Assembly: GCA_046758465.1 (NCBI GenBank)
Contig: JBHIAG010000001.1
Coordinates: forward strand, 1 to 59,734
Source of the DNA: Terriglobia bacterium
GTDB taxonomy: Bacteria > Acidobacteriota > Terriglobia > Acidiferrales > 2-02-FULL-67-57
DNA: 59,734 nucleotides
Direction of reading: 5' to 3'
Part shown: piece by piece, positions 7,925-18,505 of the stretch
Numbering within the stretch: position 1 is the first letter of the stretch
How the letters are laid out: the number at the start of each line of letters is the position of its first letter
Made by a program: the position numbers and the translations under genes
Notes under the pieces: model-generated
What the model was told of the DNA's origin: nothing
Database searches by the model: none
The model's input: the letters and a program-made list of their open reading frames with translations, nothing else

Positions 7925-9352
7925 ATGCAGTGGACGCTCAGTAAAGTCGGTCAGGCCCTGCGCAGTTCGGTTCCCTCCGCCCTGGCCGACAACCACATCG
8001 CGGGCTTCTCCATTGACTCCCGCACCCTCCAGCCCGGTGAGCTCTTCATCGCCATCAAGGGTCCTAACCACGACGGCCACGACTTCGTCGCCGAGGCGCT
8101 GCGGCGCGGTGCCCTCGCCGCCCTCGTCAACGAAACCCGCCGTACCGCCCAGCCCGCCGAGATTCAGAAGAACTCGATCGGTGTGCCCGACACCTTCCAG
8201 GCGCTGCAACAACTCGCCCGCTTTGCCCGCAAGACCTGGGGCGGGCCCGTGCTCGCCATCACCGGCAGCACCGGCAAGACCACCACCAAGGAGATCCTGG
8301 CCGCCCTGCTCGCCCGCCGCTATCGGGTCCTGAAGTCGGAAGGGAACTACAACAACGAGTTTGGGCTGCCGCTCACGCTCTTGCGCCTCCAGGCCCAGAC
8401 TGAGCTGGCTGTGGTCGAGATGGCGATGACACACAAGGGTGAGATTGCCAAGCTCTGCCGCATCGCTGAACCCAACCTCGGCCTCGTCACCAACGTCAAC
8501 CCCGTGCACCTGGAATTCTTCGCCTCGGTGGAGGAGATTGCCGAGGCCAAGCGTGAACTCATCCAGGGACTTGTCGCCCCGGCCAGCGCTGTCCTCAACG
8601 CCGACGATGCCCGCGTGCGCCGCTTTGCCCAGAGTTTTGGCGGCCGCGTGGTCCTGTTTGGCTTCTCGGGCGAGGCTCACGTCCGCGCCGAAAACCTCGA
8701 CGACCGGGGTTGCGACGGCTCCGAATTCGACCTCATCGTCGGCAGCGAGCGCCGCCGCCTCCACCTCGGCCTCATCGGCCGCCACAATCTCGAGAACGCC
8801 CTGGCTGCCTCGGCCGCCGCCAGCCTGTTCGAGATTGGCTCGGACACGGCAGGGGAGGTTTTTCCCGGTCTCGAGCCAGTAGCGCTGCGCGGTCAACGCC
8901 TGCGCTTCGCTGAGGGGTTCGCCGTCATCAACGATGCCTATAATGCCAACCCGCGCGGCGTCGCCGCCCTGGCCGAAGCCGTCAGCCGTACCCCCGGCGT
9001 CGGACGCCGCCTCCTGGTGCTGGGCGAGATGCGCGAACTCGGCCCCACCGGCCCGGAGCTGCACCGGGAAACCGGCCGGGGGATCGCCGCGCTCGGCAAC
9101 ATTGACTTGCTGGTCGGTGTCACGGGCTTGGCTGCCGAACTGCTCGTCGGCGCGCAGGCCGCGGGCTTCTCGCCGAACCGCGCGCTCTTCTTCGAAAGCA
9201 AAGAGGGGGCGGCCGACTGGCTCTGCCAGAGCGTGCGTGCGGGCGACCTGGTATTGCTGAAGGCCTCGCGGGCCGTGGCGCTCGAAACCCTGCTGGACGC
9301 CCTGCACGCGAAATTCGCCTTGGAGGCGACCCCGGCAGTCAAAGCCGAATAG
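7925..9352 (+). CDS. murF: UDP-N-acetylmuramoyl-tripeptide--D-alanyl-D-alanine ligase
   Basis: Motif ITGSTGKTTTKE and Mur ligase C-terminal domain, in the expected dcw position. Start is ATG 7925 (GTG 7919 is possible). Confidence 0.93.
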   Translation: MQWTLSKVGQALRSSVPSALADNHIAGFSIDSRTLQPGELFIAIKGPNHDGHDFVAEALRRGALAALVNETRRTAQPAEIQKNSIGVPDTFQALQQLARFARKTWGGPVLAITGSTGKTTTKEILAALLARRYRVLKSEGNYNNEFGLPLTLLRLQAQTELAVVEMAMTHKGEIAKLCRIAEPNLGLVTNVNPVHLEFFASVEEIAEAKRELIQGLVAPASAVLNADDARVRRFAQSFGGRVVLFGFSGEAHVRAENLDDRGCDGSEFDLIVGSERRRLHLGLIGRHNLENALAASAAASLFEIGSDTAGEVFPGLEPVALRGQRLRFAEGFAVINDAYNANPRGVAALAEAVSRTPGVGRRLLVLGEMRELGPTGPELHRETGRGIAALGNIDLLVGVTGLAAELLVGAQAAGFSPNRALFFESKEGAADWLCQSVRAGDLVLLKASRAVALETLLDALHAKFALEATPAVKAE

Positions 9353-9354
9353 CG

Positions 9355-10482
9355 ATGCTCTACGACATCCTCTATCTCTGGCTCCAGCCCTACTTCAGCC
9401 CCTTCAACGTCTTTCGCTACATCACCGTGCGGACCGCGCTTGCCGGGCTCACTGCCCTCTTCCTCTCCTTGCTGTTGGGGCCGTGGCTCATCCGTCGCCT
9501 GAAACAGTTCCAGGTCCAGCAGTTCGTCCGCGAGGAGCTGCCGGTGCATCACACCAAAGCCGGCACACCCACCATGGGCGGCCTCTTGATCATCACCTCG
9601 GTTGTGGTGCCCTCCCTGCTCTGGACCGACCTGCGCAACCCCTTCCTCTGGCTCGCGCTCTTTGCTCTGCTCGCCTACGGCGCTATTGGCTTTTCTGACG
9701 ACTACTTGAAGTTCGTGCGGCGGCAAAGCCTGGGCCTGCGCGCGCGCACCAAGTTCGGCTGGCAAATCCTGATCGCCGTGGTCATCGGCGGCGTGCTGTT
9801 GACGATGCGCAATGGCCTCTATTCGACCGAAATCCTGTTCCCCTTTTTCAAGAAGCTGCGTCCCGACCTGGTCATCGACAGCCTGCTCAACGGCTGGTAC
9901 GTCTTCCCGCTGGCTGCCGTACCGTTCTTGCTCTTCATCACGCTGGTGCTCGTGGGCGCCTCGAACGCCGTTAACCTCACCGATGGCCTGGACGGCCTGG
10001 CCATCGGCTGTGTTGCCATCGCCGCCGCTGCCCTCACCGCGCTGACCTACATCAGCGGCCACGCAATCTTTGCCACCTATCTCGACCTGTCCAAGATGCC
10101 CCAGGTCGCCGAACTCACCGTCTTCTGCGGTGCCCTGACGGGCGCCAGCCTGGGGTTCCTCTGGTACAACGCGCACCCCGCGGAGCTGTTTATGGGCGAT
10201 GTCGGCTCACTCGCCCTGGGCGGCGCCATCGGCACGGTTGCCATCATCATCAAACAGGAAATCCTGCTCTTCTTCATCGGCGGCGTCTTCGTCCTCGAAG
10301 CCCTGTCCGTGATTCTGCAGGTGGCCTTCTATAAATTACGCGGCAAACGTATCTTCCTGATGGCGCCCCTGCATCATCACTTTGAGTTAAAGGGTTGGAC
10401 GGAATCGAAAATCATCACCCGCTTTTGGATTACAGCCGTCATCTTTGCCTTGTTTTCCCTGAGCACCTTGAAGCTGCGATGA
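9355..10482 (+). CDS. mraY: phospho-N-acetylmuramoyl-pentapeptide transferase
   Basis: Polytopic membrane protein with HHTKAGTPTMGG, NLTDGLDGLA, MGDVGSLALGG and APLHHHFE. Confidence 0.96.
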   Translation: MLYDILYLWLQPYFSPFNVFRYITVRTALAGLTALFLSLLLGPWLIRRLKQFQVQQFVREELPVHHTKAGTPTMGGLLIITSVVVPSLLWTDLRNPFLWLALFALLAYGAIGFSDDYLKFVRRQSLGLRARTKFGWQILIAVVIGGVLLTMRNGLYSTEILFPFFKKLRPDLVIDSLLNGWYVFPLAAVPFLLFITLVLVGASNAVNLTDGLDGLAIGCVAIAAAALTALTYISGHAIFATYLDLSKMPQVAELTVFCGALTGASLGFLWYNAHPAELFMGDVGSLALGGAIGTVAIIIKQEILLFFIGGVFVLEALSVILQVAFYKLRGKRIFLMAPLHHHFELKGWTESKIITRFWITAVIFALFSLSTLKLR

Positions 10483-10504
10483 ACGGTTCGCGCAACCCAA
10501 CGCG

Positions 10505-11890
10505 ATGGAGTTGAACGGCAAAAGCGTGGTCGTCGTCGGCCTGGCGCGCACAGGCGCCGCCACGGCGGAGTTTCTGGCCCGGCGGGGCGCTCGCGTCACC
10601 CTCAGTGAACAGAAACCCGCCGAGTCAGTCGCTGCCCTGGCCAGCCACCTCAGGCCACTCGGCGTGCAGCTCGAGTGCGGCGGCCACCGTGAGGCTACCT
10701 TCCTTTCAGCCGCTCTCATCGTTCCCAGCCCGGGCGTGCCGCTCAATCTGCCGACACTCGTTGCCGCCCGCAAACAGGGAATCGAAATTATCAGCGAGCT
10801 CGAGTTGGCCTGGCGCTTCCTGCGCGGCACCGTCGTTGCCATCACCGGCTCCAACGGTAAGACCACCACTACCACCTTGCTCGGCAAAATCTTTTCGGCA
10901 GCGGGTCGCCCCACGCAGGTAGGCGGCAACATCGGCACGCCCGCCATCACCCTGGTGGACTCAGCGAGCGACGCCAGCGTTACCGTGCTGGAAGTCAGCA
11001 GCTTCCAACTCGAAGCGATTTCAAGCTTCCGCCCGCGCCTGGCAACCCTGCTCAACGTCACTCCCGACCACCTCGACCGCCATGCCTCCATGCACGCCTA
11101 CATCGCGGCCAAGGCGCGCCTGTTTGGCTACCAGCACGGCGATGATTTTGCCGTCTTCAATGCCGACGACGCCCACAGCACCGCACTCGCCGCCGAAGTG
11201 CGTGCGCAACGCTTCTGGTTCAGCCGTCAGCGCCGCCTGGATCTGGGTGCTTACTTGGAGGGCGATTGGATTGCATTTGCCAACGGGCCCGCGCGCGAGC
11301 GTGTACTGGAGTGCCGCACCATCCGTTTGAAAGGCGCGCACAATCTGGAAAACGTCCTGGCCGCCATTTGTACCGCGCGCTTGCTGGATGTGCCCGCGGA
11401 GGCAATTCGCCGCGCGGTCGCCGCGTTCGAAGGCGTCGAGCACCGCCTGGAGTTTGTGGCCGAAGTAGACGGCGTGGCCTTTTACAACGACTCGAAAGCC
11501 ACCAACGTGGGCGCGACCCGCAAAGCGATTGATGCCTTTCCCGGCAATCTCATCGTCATCTTGGGCGGACTCGACAAGGGGAGCGACTTCCGGCCCCTGC
11601 GGGCGGGACTGGTGGGCCGCGCGCGGCACGTCTTGCTCATCGGTGCCGCGCGGGAAAAGCTCGCAGCCCAACTACACGATGGGTTCCCCGTGGAGCAGGT
11701 CGAAACCTTGCCCGAAGCCGTCGCCCGTGCCGCCCAACTCGCCCGCCCGGGCGATACGGTGTTGCTGGCCCCGGCCTGTGCCAGCTTTGACCAGTTTGAG
11801 AACTTTGAGCATCGCGGCCGTGTCTTCAAGGAAGAGGTACGCAAACTCGCCGCCCGCCGGAACGAGGTAAAACGTGGCCAAGCATCTTGA
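10505..11890 (+). CDS. murD: UDP-N-acetylmuramoylalanine--D-glutamate ligase
   Basis: Motifs VVGLARTG and ITGSNGKTTTTTL, in the expected dcw position. Confidence 0.95.
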   Translation: MELNGKSVVVVGLARTGAATAEFLARRGARVTLSEQKPAESVAALASHLRPLGVQLECGGHREATFLSAALIVPSPGVPLNLPTLVAARKQGIEIISELELAWRFLRGTVVAITGSNGKTTTTTLLGKIFSAAGRPTQVGGNIGTPAITLVDSASDASVTVLEVSSFQLEAISSFRPRLATLLNVTPDHLDRHASMHAYIAAKARLFGYQHGDDFAVFNADDAHSTALAAEVRAQRFWFSRQRRLDLGAYLEGDWIAFANGPARERVLECRTIRLKGAHNLENVLAAICTARLLDVPAEAIRRAVAAFEGVEHRLEFVAEVDGVAFYNDSKATNVGATRKAIDAFPGNLIVILGGLDKGSDFRPLRAGLVGRARHVLLIGAAREKLAAQLHDGFPVEQVETLPEAVARAAQLARPGDTVLLAPACASFDQFENFEHRGRVFKEEVRKLAARRNEVKRGQAS

Positions 11891-12965
11891 ACTCGACCGC
11901 ATCCTGTTGGGCACCGTGCTCGCCCTGCTGACTCTTGGCGTCGTCATGGTGTTCAGCGCCTCGGCCGTCTACGCACGCGAGCAGTTAGGAAACCCCTATC
12001 TGCTGCTCTGGCGGCAACTGCTCTGGCTCGGGCTGGGCCTGGGTGCCATGTTCGCCGTGGTGAATGTGGACTACCAGCGCCTGCGCCAGCCGCTGGCCAT
12101 CTTTACCGCCATCTTCATTGTGATAGTGCTGCTCGTGGCCGTGCTGTTTCTCGACCCCGCGCACCAGACGCACCGCTGGATCCGCTGGGGCCCGCTGTCC
12201 CTACAGCCCTCCGAGCTAGCGAAGTTGGTGCTCATCCTCTTCCTGGCCTATTTTCTCCACCGGCGACGCCGTGCGGTGAACGACTCGACCGGCACGCTGC
12301 TGCCCGCGGCCGCCATCGTTGCCATCTTCGTGGGCCTGGTAATCGTCGAGCCCGACCTGGGGACGGCGGCCTCGTTGGCACTGATTGCTGCTTCGATGTT
12401 TTTCATTGCAGGAGTCGAGTGGCGTTACTTCGCTTATCTGGCCGTGCTGGCGCTACCGGCGGCTTACTGGCTAATTGTGCGCGTGCCCTATCGGCTCGAA
12501 CGCATCCGGGCTTTCCTGGACCCGGCGGCCGACCCGCAGGGCGGTGGCTTCCAAATCCTGCAATCGTTGCTGGCAGTAGGCTCCGGTGGCGTCACCGGCG
12601 TGGGCTTGATGGACGGCAAGCAGAAGCTCTTCTATCTCCCCGAGGCCCACACCGATTTCATCTTTGCCGTGATCGGCGAGGAACTCGGTCTGGTCGGGGC
12701 CGGGCTGGTGGTCGTCCTGTTTGGGATTTTCTGCTGGCGGGGGCTGCGTGTGGCGATGGGTGCGCCGGATAACTTTTCCCGGCTGCTCGCCACGGGTGTG
12801 ACCGCTATGGTCACCTGGCAGGCGCTTATCAACGTGAGCGTCGTGCTCGGGCTCCTGCCCACGAAGGGCATCCCGCTGCCCTTCATCAGCTACGGTGGCA
12901 CGAGCTTGCTGGTAATGTTGCTTGCGACTGGCTTGCTGTTGAACGTGAGCCAGTTTGTGGATTGA
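11874..12965 (+). CDS. ftsW: SEDS-family peptidoglycan glycosyltransferase FtsW
   Basis: Polytopic membrane protein with PEAHTDFIFAVIGEELG and PLPFISYGGTS. The GTG start overlaps the murD end by 17 nt. Confidence 0.93.
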   Translation: MAKHLELDRILLGTVLALLTLGVVMVFSASAVYAREQLGNPYLLLWRQLLWLGLGLGAMFAVVNVDYQRLRQPLAIFTAIFIVIVLLVAVLFLDPAHQTHRWIRWGPLSLQPSELAKLVLILFLAYFLHRRRRAVNDSTGTLLPAAAIVAIFVGLVIVEPDLGTAASLALIAASMFFIAGVEWRYFAYLAVLALPAAYWLIVRVPYRLERIRAFLDPAADPQGGGFQILQSLLAVGSGGVTGVGLMDGKQKLFYLPEAHTDFIFAVIGEELGLVGAGLVVVLFGIFCWRGLRVAMGAPDNFSRLLATGVTAMVTWQALINVSVVLGLLPTKGIPLPFISYGGTSLLVMLLATGLLLNVSQFVD

Positions 12966-12980
12966 CGTGGTTGTGAGGCC

Positions 12981-14045
12981 ATGCGCGTGATGTTGGTAGG
13001 AGGCGGCACGGGCGGACACGTATTCCCTGCGCTGGCCGTGGCCGACGAGTTGCGGGCGCGGAGTCCGCAACAGGAGATTGCGTTCATCGGAGTCGAAACG
13101 GGCCTGGAATCCCGCCTCGTCCCCGCGGCGGGTTATCGCCTGCACACCATTACCGCCGCAGGCTTTCGCGGCGGCGGCTGGAATGCCAAAGCGCGGAGCT
13201 TCTGGTTGCTCGGGCGCAGTGCCGTCGCTTGCGGGCACCTGCTGCGGGAGTTCAACCCCGAGGCGGTCTTCAGCGTGGGCGGCTACGTGTCCGCACCGGC
13301 GATGCTCGCCGCTGTCTTCAGCCAGCGGCCCACCGTGGTGTTTGAACCCAACGCCGAGCCGGGACTCGCCAACCGCGTCTTGGCACCGCTCGCCACCCGC
13401 GTCGCAGTGACCTATGAGGCGACGCTGCGCTTTTTCGACCACGCCGTGCGTACCGGCAGTCCCGTGCGGCGCGAATTCCTCCGTGTGCCACAGAAAAAGC
13501 ATGAGCCGCCCTCTACGCTGCTCATCTTCGGTGGCAGTCAGGGGGCCCGGGCCATCAATGCGGCCGTCGTGGACAGTCTTGACAGCTTGCGTGCCGCGCA
13601 CCCCGAGCTGCACTTCATCCACCAGACAGGCCAGCGGGACTTCGACGCCGTCCGCACCGCCTATGCCCGCCGCGGTATCCGCGCCCATGTGCGTCCATTC
13701 ATCGACAATATGGCGGACTGCTTCGCGCAGACGGATGTGGTGGTATGCCGCGCCGGAGCGAGCACCCTGGCGGAACTCGCCACCGCGGGCAAGGCGGCCG
13801 TGCTGGTGCCGTTCCCGCACGCCGCCGACCAGCACCAGTTGCGCAACGCGGAACTGCTTGCCCGCGCCGGCGCCGCCTGCTTGCTGGAGCAGCGCGAGCT
13901 GACCGGCGAGCGTCTGGCCGCGACGCTGCGCGAGTTGTTGGAGCACCCGACAAGGATTGAGAGAATGGAAGAGCACATGCGCGCCTTTGCGGTGCCCGCC
14001 GCCGCGGCGCGCATCGCCGATCTGATTGAGAGCGTGGTGCGATGA
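12981..14045 (+). CDS. murG: UDP-N-acetylglucosamine--N-acetylmuramyl-(pentapeptide) pyrophosphoryl-undecaprenol GlcNAc transferase
   Basis: Motifs GGTGGHVFPALAVA and CRAGASTLAELA. Confidence 0.95.
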   Translation: MRVMLVGGGTGGHVFPALAVADELRARSPQQEIAFIGVETGLESRLVPAAGYRLHTITAAGFRGGGWNAKARSFWLLGRSAVACGHLLREFNPEAVFSVGGYVSAPAMLAAVFSQRPTVVFEPNAEPGLANRVLAPLATRVAVTYEATLRFFDHAVRTGSPVRREFLRVPQKKHEPPSTLLIFGGSQGARAINAAVVDSLDSLRAAHPELHFIHQTGQRDFDAVRTAYARRGIRAHVRPFIDNMADCFAQTDVVVCRAGASTLAELATAGKAAVLVPFPHAADQHQLRNAELLARAGAACLLEQRELTGERLAATLRELLEHPTRIERMEEHMRAFAVPAAAARIADLIESVVR

Positions 14046-15454
14046 CTTCAGCCGAGTTGCACTACCCGCCCCGCCAACACGTCCACTTCGTGGGCATTGG
14101 TGGCACCGGGATGAGTGGCATCGCTGAAGTCTTGCTCACTCTGGGCTATACCGTCTCTGGTTCTGACATCCATCCCTCCCCGGTCACTGAGCGGCTGGCC
14201 CGGCTCGGAGCAAAGATTTTCGCCGGCCATCGCGCCGAAAACGTTGTCGGCGCCCAGGTGGTGGTGGTTTCGACCGCCATTGGCCCGGACAATCCCGAGG
14301 TGCAGGAGGCGCACCGGCGCCAGATCGCGGTCATTCCGCGCGCCGAGATGCTGGCCGAGCTAATGCGCCTGAAGTACGGCATCGCCGTGGCCGGCTCGCA
14401 TGGCAAGACCACGACCACTTCGCTCATCGCCAGCCTCCTGGCGGCCGCTGGCCTCGATCCGACCTTCGTGGTGGGCGGCCGCGTGAATCAAGCCGGGGCG
14501 CACGCGCGCTTGGGCAAGAGCGAATTGATTGTGGTCGAAGCTGACGAGAGCGACCGCAGCTTCCTGCTGCTGGCACCCGTCATCAGCGTCGTCACCAACA
14601 TTGACCGCGAGCACCTCGACCACTACCACGACCTCGCCAACCTCCAGGCGAGCTTTGTCGAGTTCGTCAATAAAGTTCCGTTTTACGGTGCGGCCATCCT
14701 GTGTGCGGACGATCCCAACCTGCGCGCGCTGCTGCCGCGCATCAAGCGCCGCGTGCTTACCTACGGGCTGGCCGCCAAGGCCGACTTCCGCGCCACCGAG
14801 GTGGCGCTCGAAGGCTGGCAGAGCGAATTCCGCTTCTTCGACCGCCGCACCGATCTCGGCCGCTTCCGCCTGCCGCTCGCCGGCCGCCACAACGTGCTGA
14901 ACGCGCTGGCGGCGCTGGCGGTGACACGCGAGTTGAACCTGCCGGTCGAGCCAGTGCGGGAGGGCTTGGCCAACTTCAGCGGCGTCGGGCGGCGCTTGGA
15001 GGTCAAGGCCAAGCTCGGCGGCATCACCGTGCTCGATGACTACGGCCACCACCCCGTCGAAATCCGCGCTACGCTCGAGGCGGTGCGTGGCTGCGGCTTC
15101 AAGCGCCTGCTGGTACTCTTCCAGCCCCACCGCTATACGCGCACCCAGCTCCTCTGGGACGACTTCCTCGGCTGCTTCGGTCAGGCCGACGTGCTGGTGG
15201 TTACCGACATCCATGCGGCGAGCGAGCCGCCGATTCCAGGCATCACCTCAGCCGCGCTGGTTGAAGCCCTGCGCCGGGCCGGGCAGCGGAACGTTACACA
15301 CTGCCCCACACCCGAAGCGGCTGTGGAATTCATTCTGCCGCAGTTGAAGCCGGGCGATGCGGTGCTGACGCTCGGAGCGGGCAGCATCGGTCGTGCCGGC
15401 GAGCAACTGGCGGCCCGCTTGACTGCCGCGGTGGGAGCGCATCATGCGGATTGA
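14042..15454 (+). CDS. murC: UDP-N-acetylmuramate--L-alanine ligase
   Basis: Motifs HFVGIGGTGMSGIAE and VAGSHGKTTTTS. ATGA overlap with murG. Confidence 0.95.
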   Translation: MTSAELHYPPRQHVHFVGIGGTGMSGIAEVLLTLGYTVSGSDIHPSPVTERLARLGAKIFAGHRAENVVGAQVVVVSTAIGPDNPEVQEAHRRQIAVIPRAEMLAELMRLKYGIAVAGSHGKTTTTSLIASLLAAAGLDPTFVVGGRVNQAGAHARLGKSELIVVEADESDRSFLLLAPVISVVTNIDREHLDHYHDLANLQASFVEFVNKVPFYGAAILCADDPNLRALLPRIKRRVLTYGLAAKADFRATEVALEGWQSEFRFFDRRTDLGRFRLPLAGRHNVLNALAALAVTRELNLPVEPVREGLANFSGVGRRLEVKAKLGGITVLDDYGHHPVEIRATLEAVRGCGFKRLLVLFQPHRYTRTQLLWDDFLGCFGQADVLVVTDIHAASEPPIPGITSAALVEALRRAGQRNVTHCPTPEAAVEFILPQLKPGDAVLTLGAGSIGRAGEQLAARLTAAVGAHHAD

Positions 15455-16358
15455 AAACCCGCGTGCCCCCGCCGTGTTCCGCGAGCTGGCAGTGGACTAT
15501 CGTCCCCGAGAGCGCCTGGCGCAGTGGACTTCGCTGGCCGTCGGTGGTACGACCGACGTGCTCGTTGCCCAAGACCCCGCGCGACTCCGCGAACTTGTCG
15601 CCTGGCTGCGCGCAGAAGGCATTCCCTGGCGGCTGTTGGGCGGTGGCACCAACCTGCTGGTGGCCGAAGGCGAGTTTCCGGAGGTGGTGTTGCAGCTTTC
15701 ACCGCGCCCGGCAGGGACGAAGTTTGACGGCTCGCGCGTGCGGGTCGATGCGGCCGCCGATCTTGGCCGCACGGTGACCGAGTGCGCGCGCCACAATCTG
15801 GGGGGAATGGAAGGCCTCATCGGCGTGCCCGGATCGGTGGGCGGCGCGCTGCGAATGAACGCCGGCGCCTACGGCACTACGATTGGCCAGTTTGTCCGGT
15901 CGGTTACCCGGTTCCGGGCGGCCAGCGGCCAGATTGAGACCCTGCACGGTGACCGGATCTCGTTTGGCTACCGCCATACCTCCTTCGCGCCCGACGACAT
16001 CATGATTTCCTGCGAACTCGAACTCCCCTCGTGCCCCTACGATGAGATCCGTGCTGCCATCAAGATGTGCAATGAGAAGCGCCGCGCCTCCCAGCCTCTG
16101 AATGAGAAGAGCGCCGGTTGCATCTTTAAGAACCCGCTCGGCGGCTCGGCCGGCAAGATGATTGACGAACTCGGCCTCAAGGGGCATCGGCGCGGGGGCG
16201 CGGTGGTTTCCGAGCGGCACGGCAATTTTTTCGTCAACCGTTACACCGCCACCGCCGATGACTTGTTGGCTCTGATTGACGATGTGCGCGGCCGCATCCA
16301 GCAGGCGTTTGGTGTCGTGCTCGAAAACGAAGTGATCATTTGGGGACACGGAGAATGA
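15444..16358 (+). CDS. murB: UDP-N-acetylenolpyruvoylglucosamine reductase
   Basis: FAD-binding region (VGGTTDVLV, GVPGSVGGALRMNAGAYG) and C-terminal SAGCIFKNP. Confidence 0.93.
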   Translation: MRIENPRAPAVFRELAVDYRPRERLAQWTSLAVGGTTDVLVAQDPARLRELVAWLRAEGIPWRLLGGGTNLLVAEGEFPEVVLQLSPRPAGTKFDGSRVRVDAAADLGRTVTECARHNLGGMEGLIGVPGSVGGALRMNAGAYGTTIGQFVRSVTRFRAASGQIETLHGDRISFGYRHTSFAPDDIMISCELELPSCPYDEIRAAIKMCNEKRRASQPLNEKSAGCIFKNPLGGSAGKMIDELGLKGHRRGGAVVSERHGNFFVNRYTATADDLLALIDDVRGRIQQAFGVVLENEVIIWGHGE

Positions 16359-17236
16359 GTCCAGAGAATCGGCCGGAATTCGAAGAGCTGGCGAGCGAAC
16401 AGCCAGCACGCTACCTGCGACCGCAGAGAAAGCCCGAGGTGCGGCGACGCGCAGTCTGGCGGCGACTGTTGTATTGGGTGCCGCGGATTCTCCTGGGTGC
16501 CACGCTCGCCGTGGCCCTGGCCGGGATTGGTTACAAGAGCTACGCCTACGTCTGCACGGGCGCGCGGTTTCGGCTGGCGAGCGTGGAGGCGGTGGAACTG
16601 GTCAACGTCCGCTATGCCCCGGCGGCGCTGCTGCGCGCGTGTTTCGCCGAAGACGCCGGCCGCAGCGTCTTCTGGGTCCCGCTCGAAGCCCGCCGCCGTG
16701 CGCTCGAACAGATTCCCTGGGTAGCGGCCGCACGCGTGCAGCGTTTCCTGCCAAATCGTCTCCGGGTAGTGGTCGCAGAGCGCACGCCGGTGGCCTTCCT
16801 GCGCCAGGGCAATGAGTTGTTGCTGGTGGATGCCGAGGGTGTGCTGCTCGAACGGCCAGAAGGCGCAAAATTTACCTTCCCCGTCCTAACGGGCCTCGAG
16901 CCTGGCTTGCCACGGCAGGAGCGCCGGGCACGCCTTGCGCTCTACCTGGAGTTCCTGAACGACCTCGACAGGGGGGAGGAACCCTACAGCGCTGACATCT
17001 CTGAGGTTGACCTCTCCGACCCAGATAACTTGCGCGCTATCGTGACCGAAAAGCGCCAGGCCGTGCTTCTGCACTTCGGCCGCGACCGCTACCGCGAAAA
17101 ATATGAAGCCTATCGGCAGCATCGCGCGCTCTGGCAGGAGAGCGGTGAGACGGTTTATTCCGTTGATCTGCGTTACCGGGGCCAGTTGATTCTGAATCCG
17201 GATGCCGCGCCCCGGCCAGGAGGCCGCTCGCCATGA
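16355..17236 (+). CDS. ftsQ: cell division protein FtsQ
   Basis: ATGA overlap with murB. One TM segment followed by a POTRA-like region (LLRACFAEDAGRSVFWVPLEARRRALEQIPWVAAARVQRFLPNRLRVVVAER). Expected dcw position. Confidence 0.8.
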   Translation: MSPENRPEFEELASEQPARYLRPQRKPEVRRRAVWRRLLYWVPRILLGATLAVALAGIGYKSYAYVCTGARFRLASVEAVELVNVRYAPAALLRACFAEDAGRSVFWVPLEARRRALEQIPWVAAARVQRFLPNRLRVVVAERTPVAFLRQGNELLLVDAEGVLLERPEGAKFTFPVLTGLEPGLPRQERRARLALYLEFLNDLDRGEEPYSADISEVDLSDPDNLRAIVTEKRQAVLLHFGRDRYREKYEAYRQHRALWQESGETVYSVDLRYRGQLILNPDAAPRPGGRSP

Positions 17237-18465
17237 AGCAGCCGGAGCGCTATCTCGCCGGGCTCGACCTCGGCAGCAGCAAAATCTGTGCGCTGCTGTG
17301 CGAGGTGGATGCGGGCGGACGGCTGCATTTACGGGGCACGGGGGTGGCGGAATCGAAAGGGTTCCGCAAGGGCTCACTGGTCAGCCTGCAAGCGGCCGTC
17401 AGTGCCATCCGTCAGGCGGTGGAAGCGGCGGAAGCGGCTGCCGGAGTGCCGCTGGAAAGCGCACTGATCGGAGTGGCGGGTAGCCACATCAAGGGAATCA
17501 ACAGCCGCGGCGGAATCACGCTCGGGGCGCGCCCCCGCGAGGTGACGCTCAACGATGTCCGCCGCGCCATTGCGGCTGCGCGAGCTGTCACGTTGCCAGC
17601 CGAGCGGGAAGTGTTACATGTGCTGCCCCAGGAATTCTTTCTCGACCAGCAGAATGGGCTGCGCGATCCGGTCGGCATGTTGGGCACGAAGCTTGAGGTC
17701 AACGTTCACATCGTCACCGCCGATGGCCTAGCGACGCAGAATTTGGTGACCGCTGTCAACCGGGCTGGTGTGCTAGTGCTTGACACGGTGCTGGAGCCCC
17801 TGGCCAGCGCCGAAACCTGCCTGACCGCAGATGAGCGCGAGTTGGGCGTGCTGCTGGTGGATATGGGGGGGGGCACGACCGAGTGGATGGTCTATGAGCA
17901 CCACGCCCCGCGGCTGACCGGTGTGGTACCGGTAGGGGGTGAACATTTCACTCACGACATCGCGGTCGGGCTGCGCACGCCCCTCTGGGAAGCCGAACGG
18001 CTCAAGCGCGCCTATGGCTGCGCCGGCCTGCGCTGGCTGCGGCAGGACACACTCGTGGACATTGCCGGTAGCGGCGGACGCGTGGCGTCGCGGCGTGCGC
18101 TCTGCGAAATCATCGAGGCGCGGGCGTCGGAGCTCTTCGCCCTCATCCGTGACGATTTGTTGCGCAGTGGCACCGACCGGCAGCTCGGCGCGGGCGTGGT
18201 ACTGACCGGCGGGGGCGCGCAGCTCGATTCGCTGGCGGAACTGGCGGCGGAGATTCTGCAACTCCCGGCGCGGCTGGGCAAACCCACCGGTGTGCTCGGA
18301 CTACCAGCGACACCCGGCGCGATTCACACTCTGAAGAGCCCTGCCTGCGCCACCGCCGTCGGCCTGGTGCTGCATGGCAATCGCATCCGCGCCTTGCGGC
18401 AACGGCAGGCAGGTGTCCTGGATCGGCTCAAAAGTTTCTGGCAACGGAAAGGATGGGCGGCCTGA
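17233..18465 (+). CDS. ftsA: cell division protein FtsA
   Basis: Actin-like ATPase motifs ([30 protein letters not shown]). ATGA overlap with ftsQ. Confidence 0.93.
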   Translation: MKQPERYLAGLDLGSSKICALLCEVDAGGRLHLRGTGVAESKGFRKGSLVSLQAAVSAIRQAVEAAEAAAGVPLESALIGVAGSHIKGINSRGGITLGARPREVTLNDVRRAIAAARAVTLPAEREVLHVLPQEFFLDQQNGLRDPVGMLGTKLEVNVHIVTADGLATQNLVTAVNRAGVLVLDTVLEPLASAETCLTADERELGVLLVDMGGGTTEWMVYEHHAPRLTGVVPVGGEHFTHDIAVGLRTPLWEAERLKRAYGCAGLRWLRQDTLVDIAGSGGRVASRRALCEIIEARASELFALIRDDLLRSGTDRQLGAGVVLTGGGAQLDSLAELAAEILQLPARLGKPTGVLGLPATPGAIHTLKSPACATAVGLVLHGNRIRALRQRQAGVLDRLKSFWQRKGWAA

Positions 18466-18505
18466 CGATGCAGCCTGGAAAATCCTAACGGAGGCGAAAC
18501 GCAGC

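Noticed and set aside
7913-9307. Very long ORFs antisense or out of frame to recognised genes. Examples: 7913..9307 (-), 8938..10176 (-), 12471..13976 (-), 14360..15214 (-), 18737..19807 (-), 20168..21229 (+), 21322..22494 (+), 25904..27244 (-), 28695..30122 (+), 35294..36391 (+), 36692..37534 (+), 39649..40680 (-).
   Set aside because: Each overlaps a gene with unmistakable family motifs on the other strand or frame. Their translations are Arg/Ala/Gly/Pro/His-rich low-complexity strings, typical of stop-poor alternative frames in high-GC DNA. No motifs were recognised in any of them.
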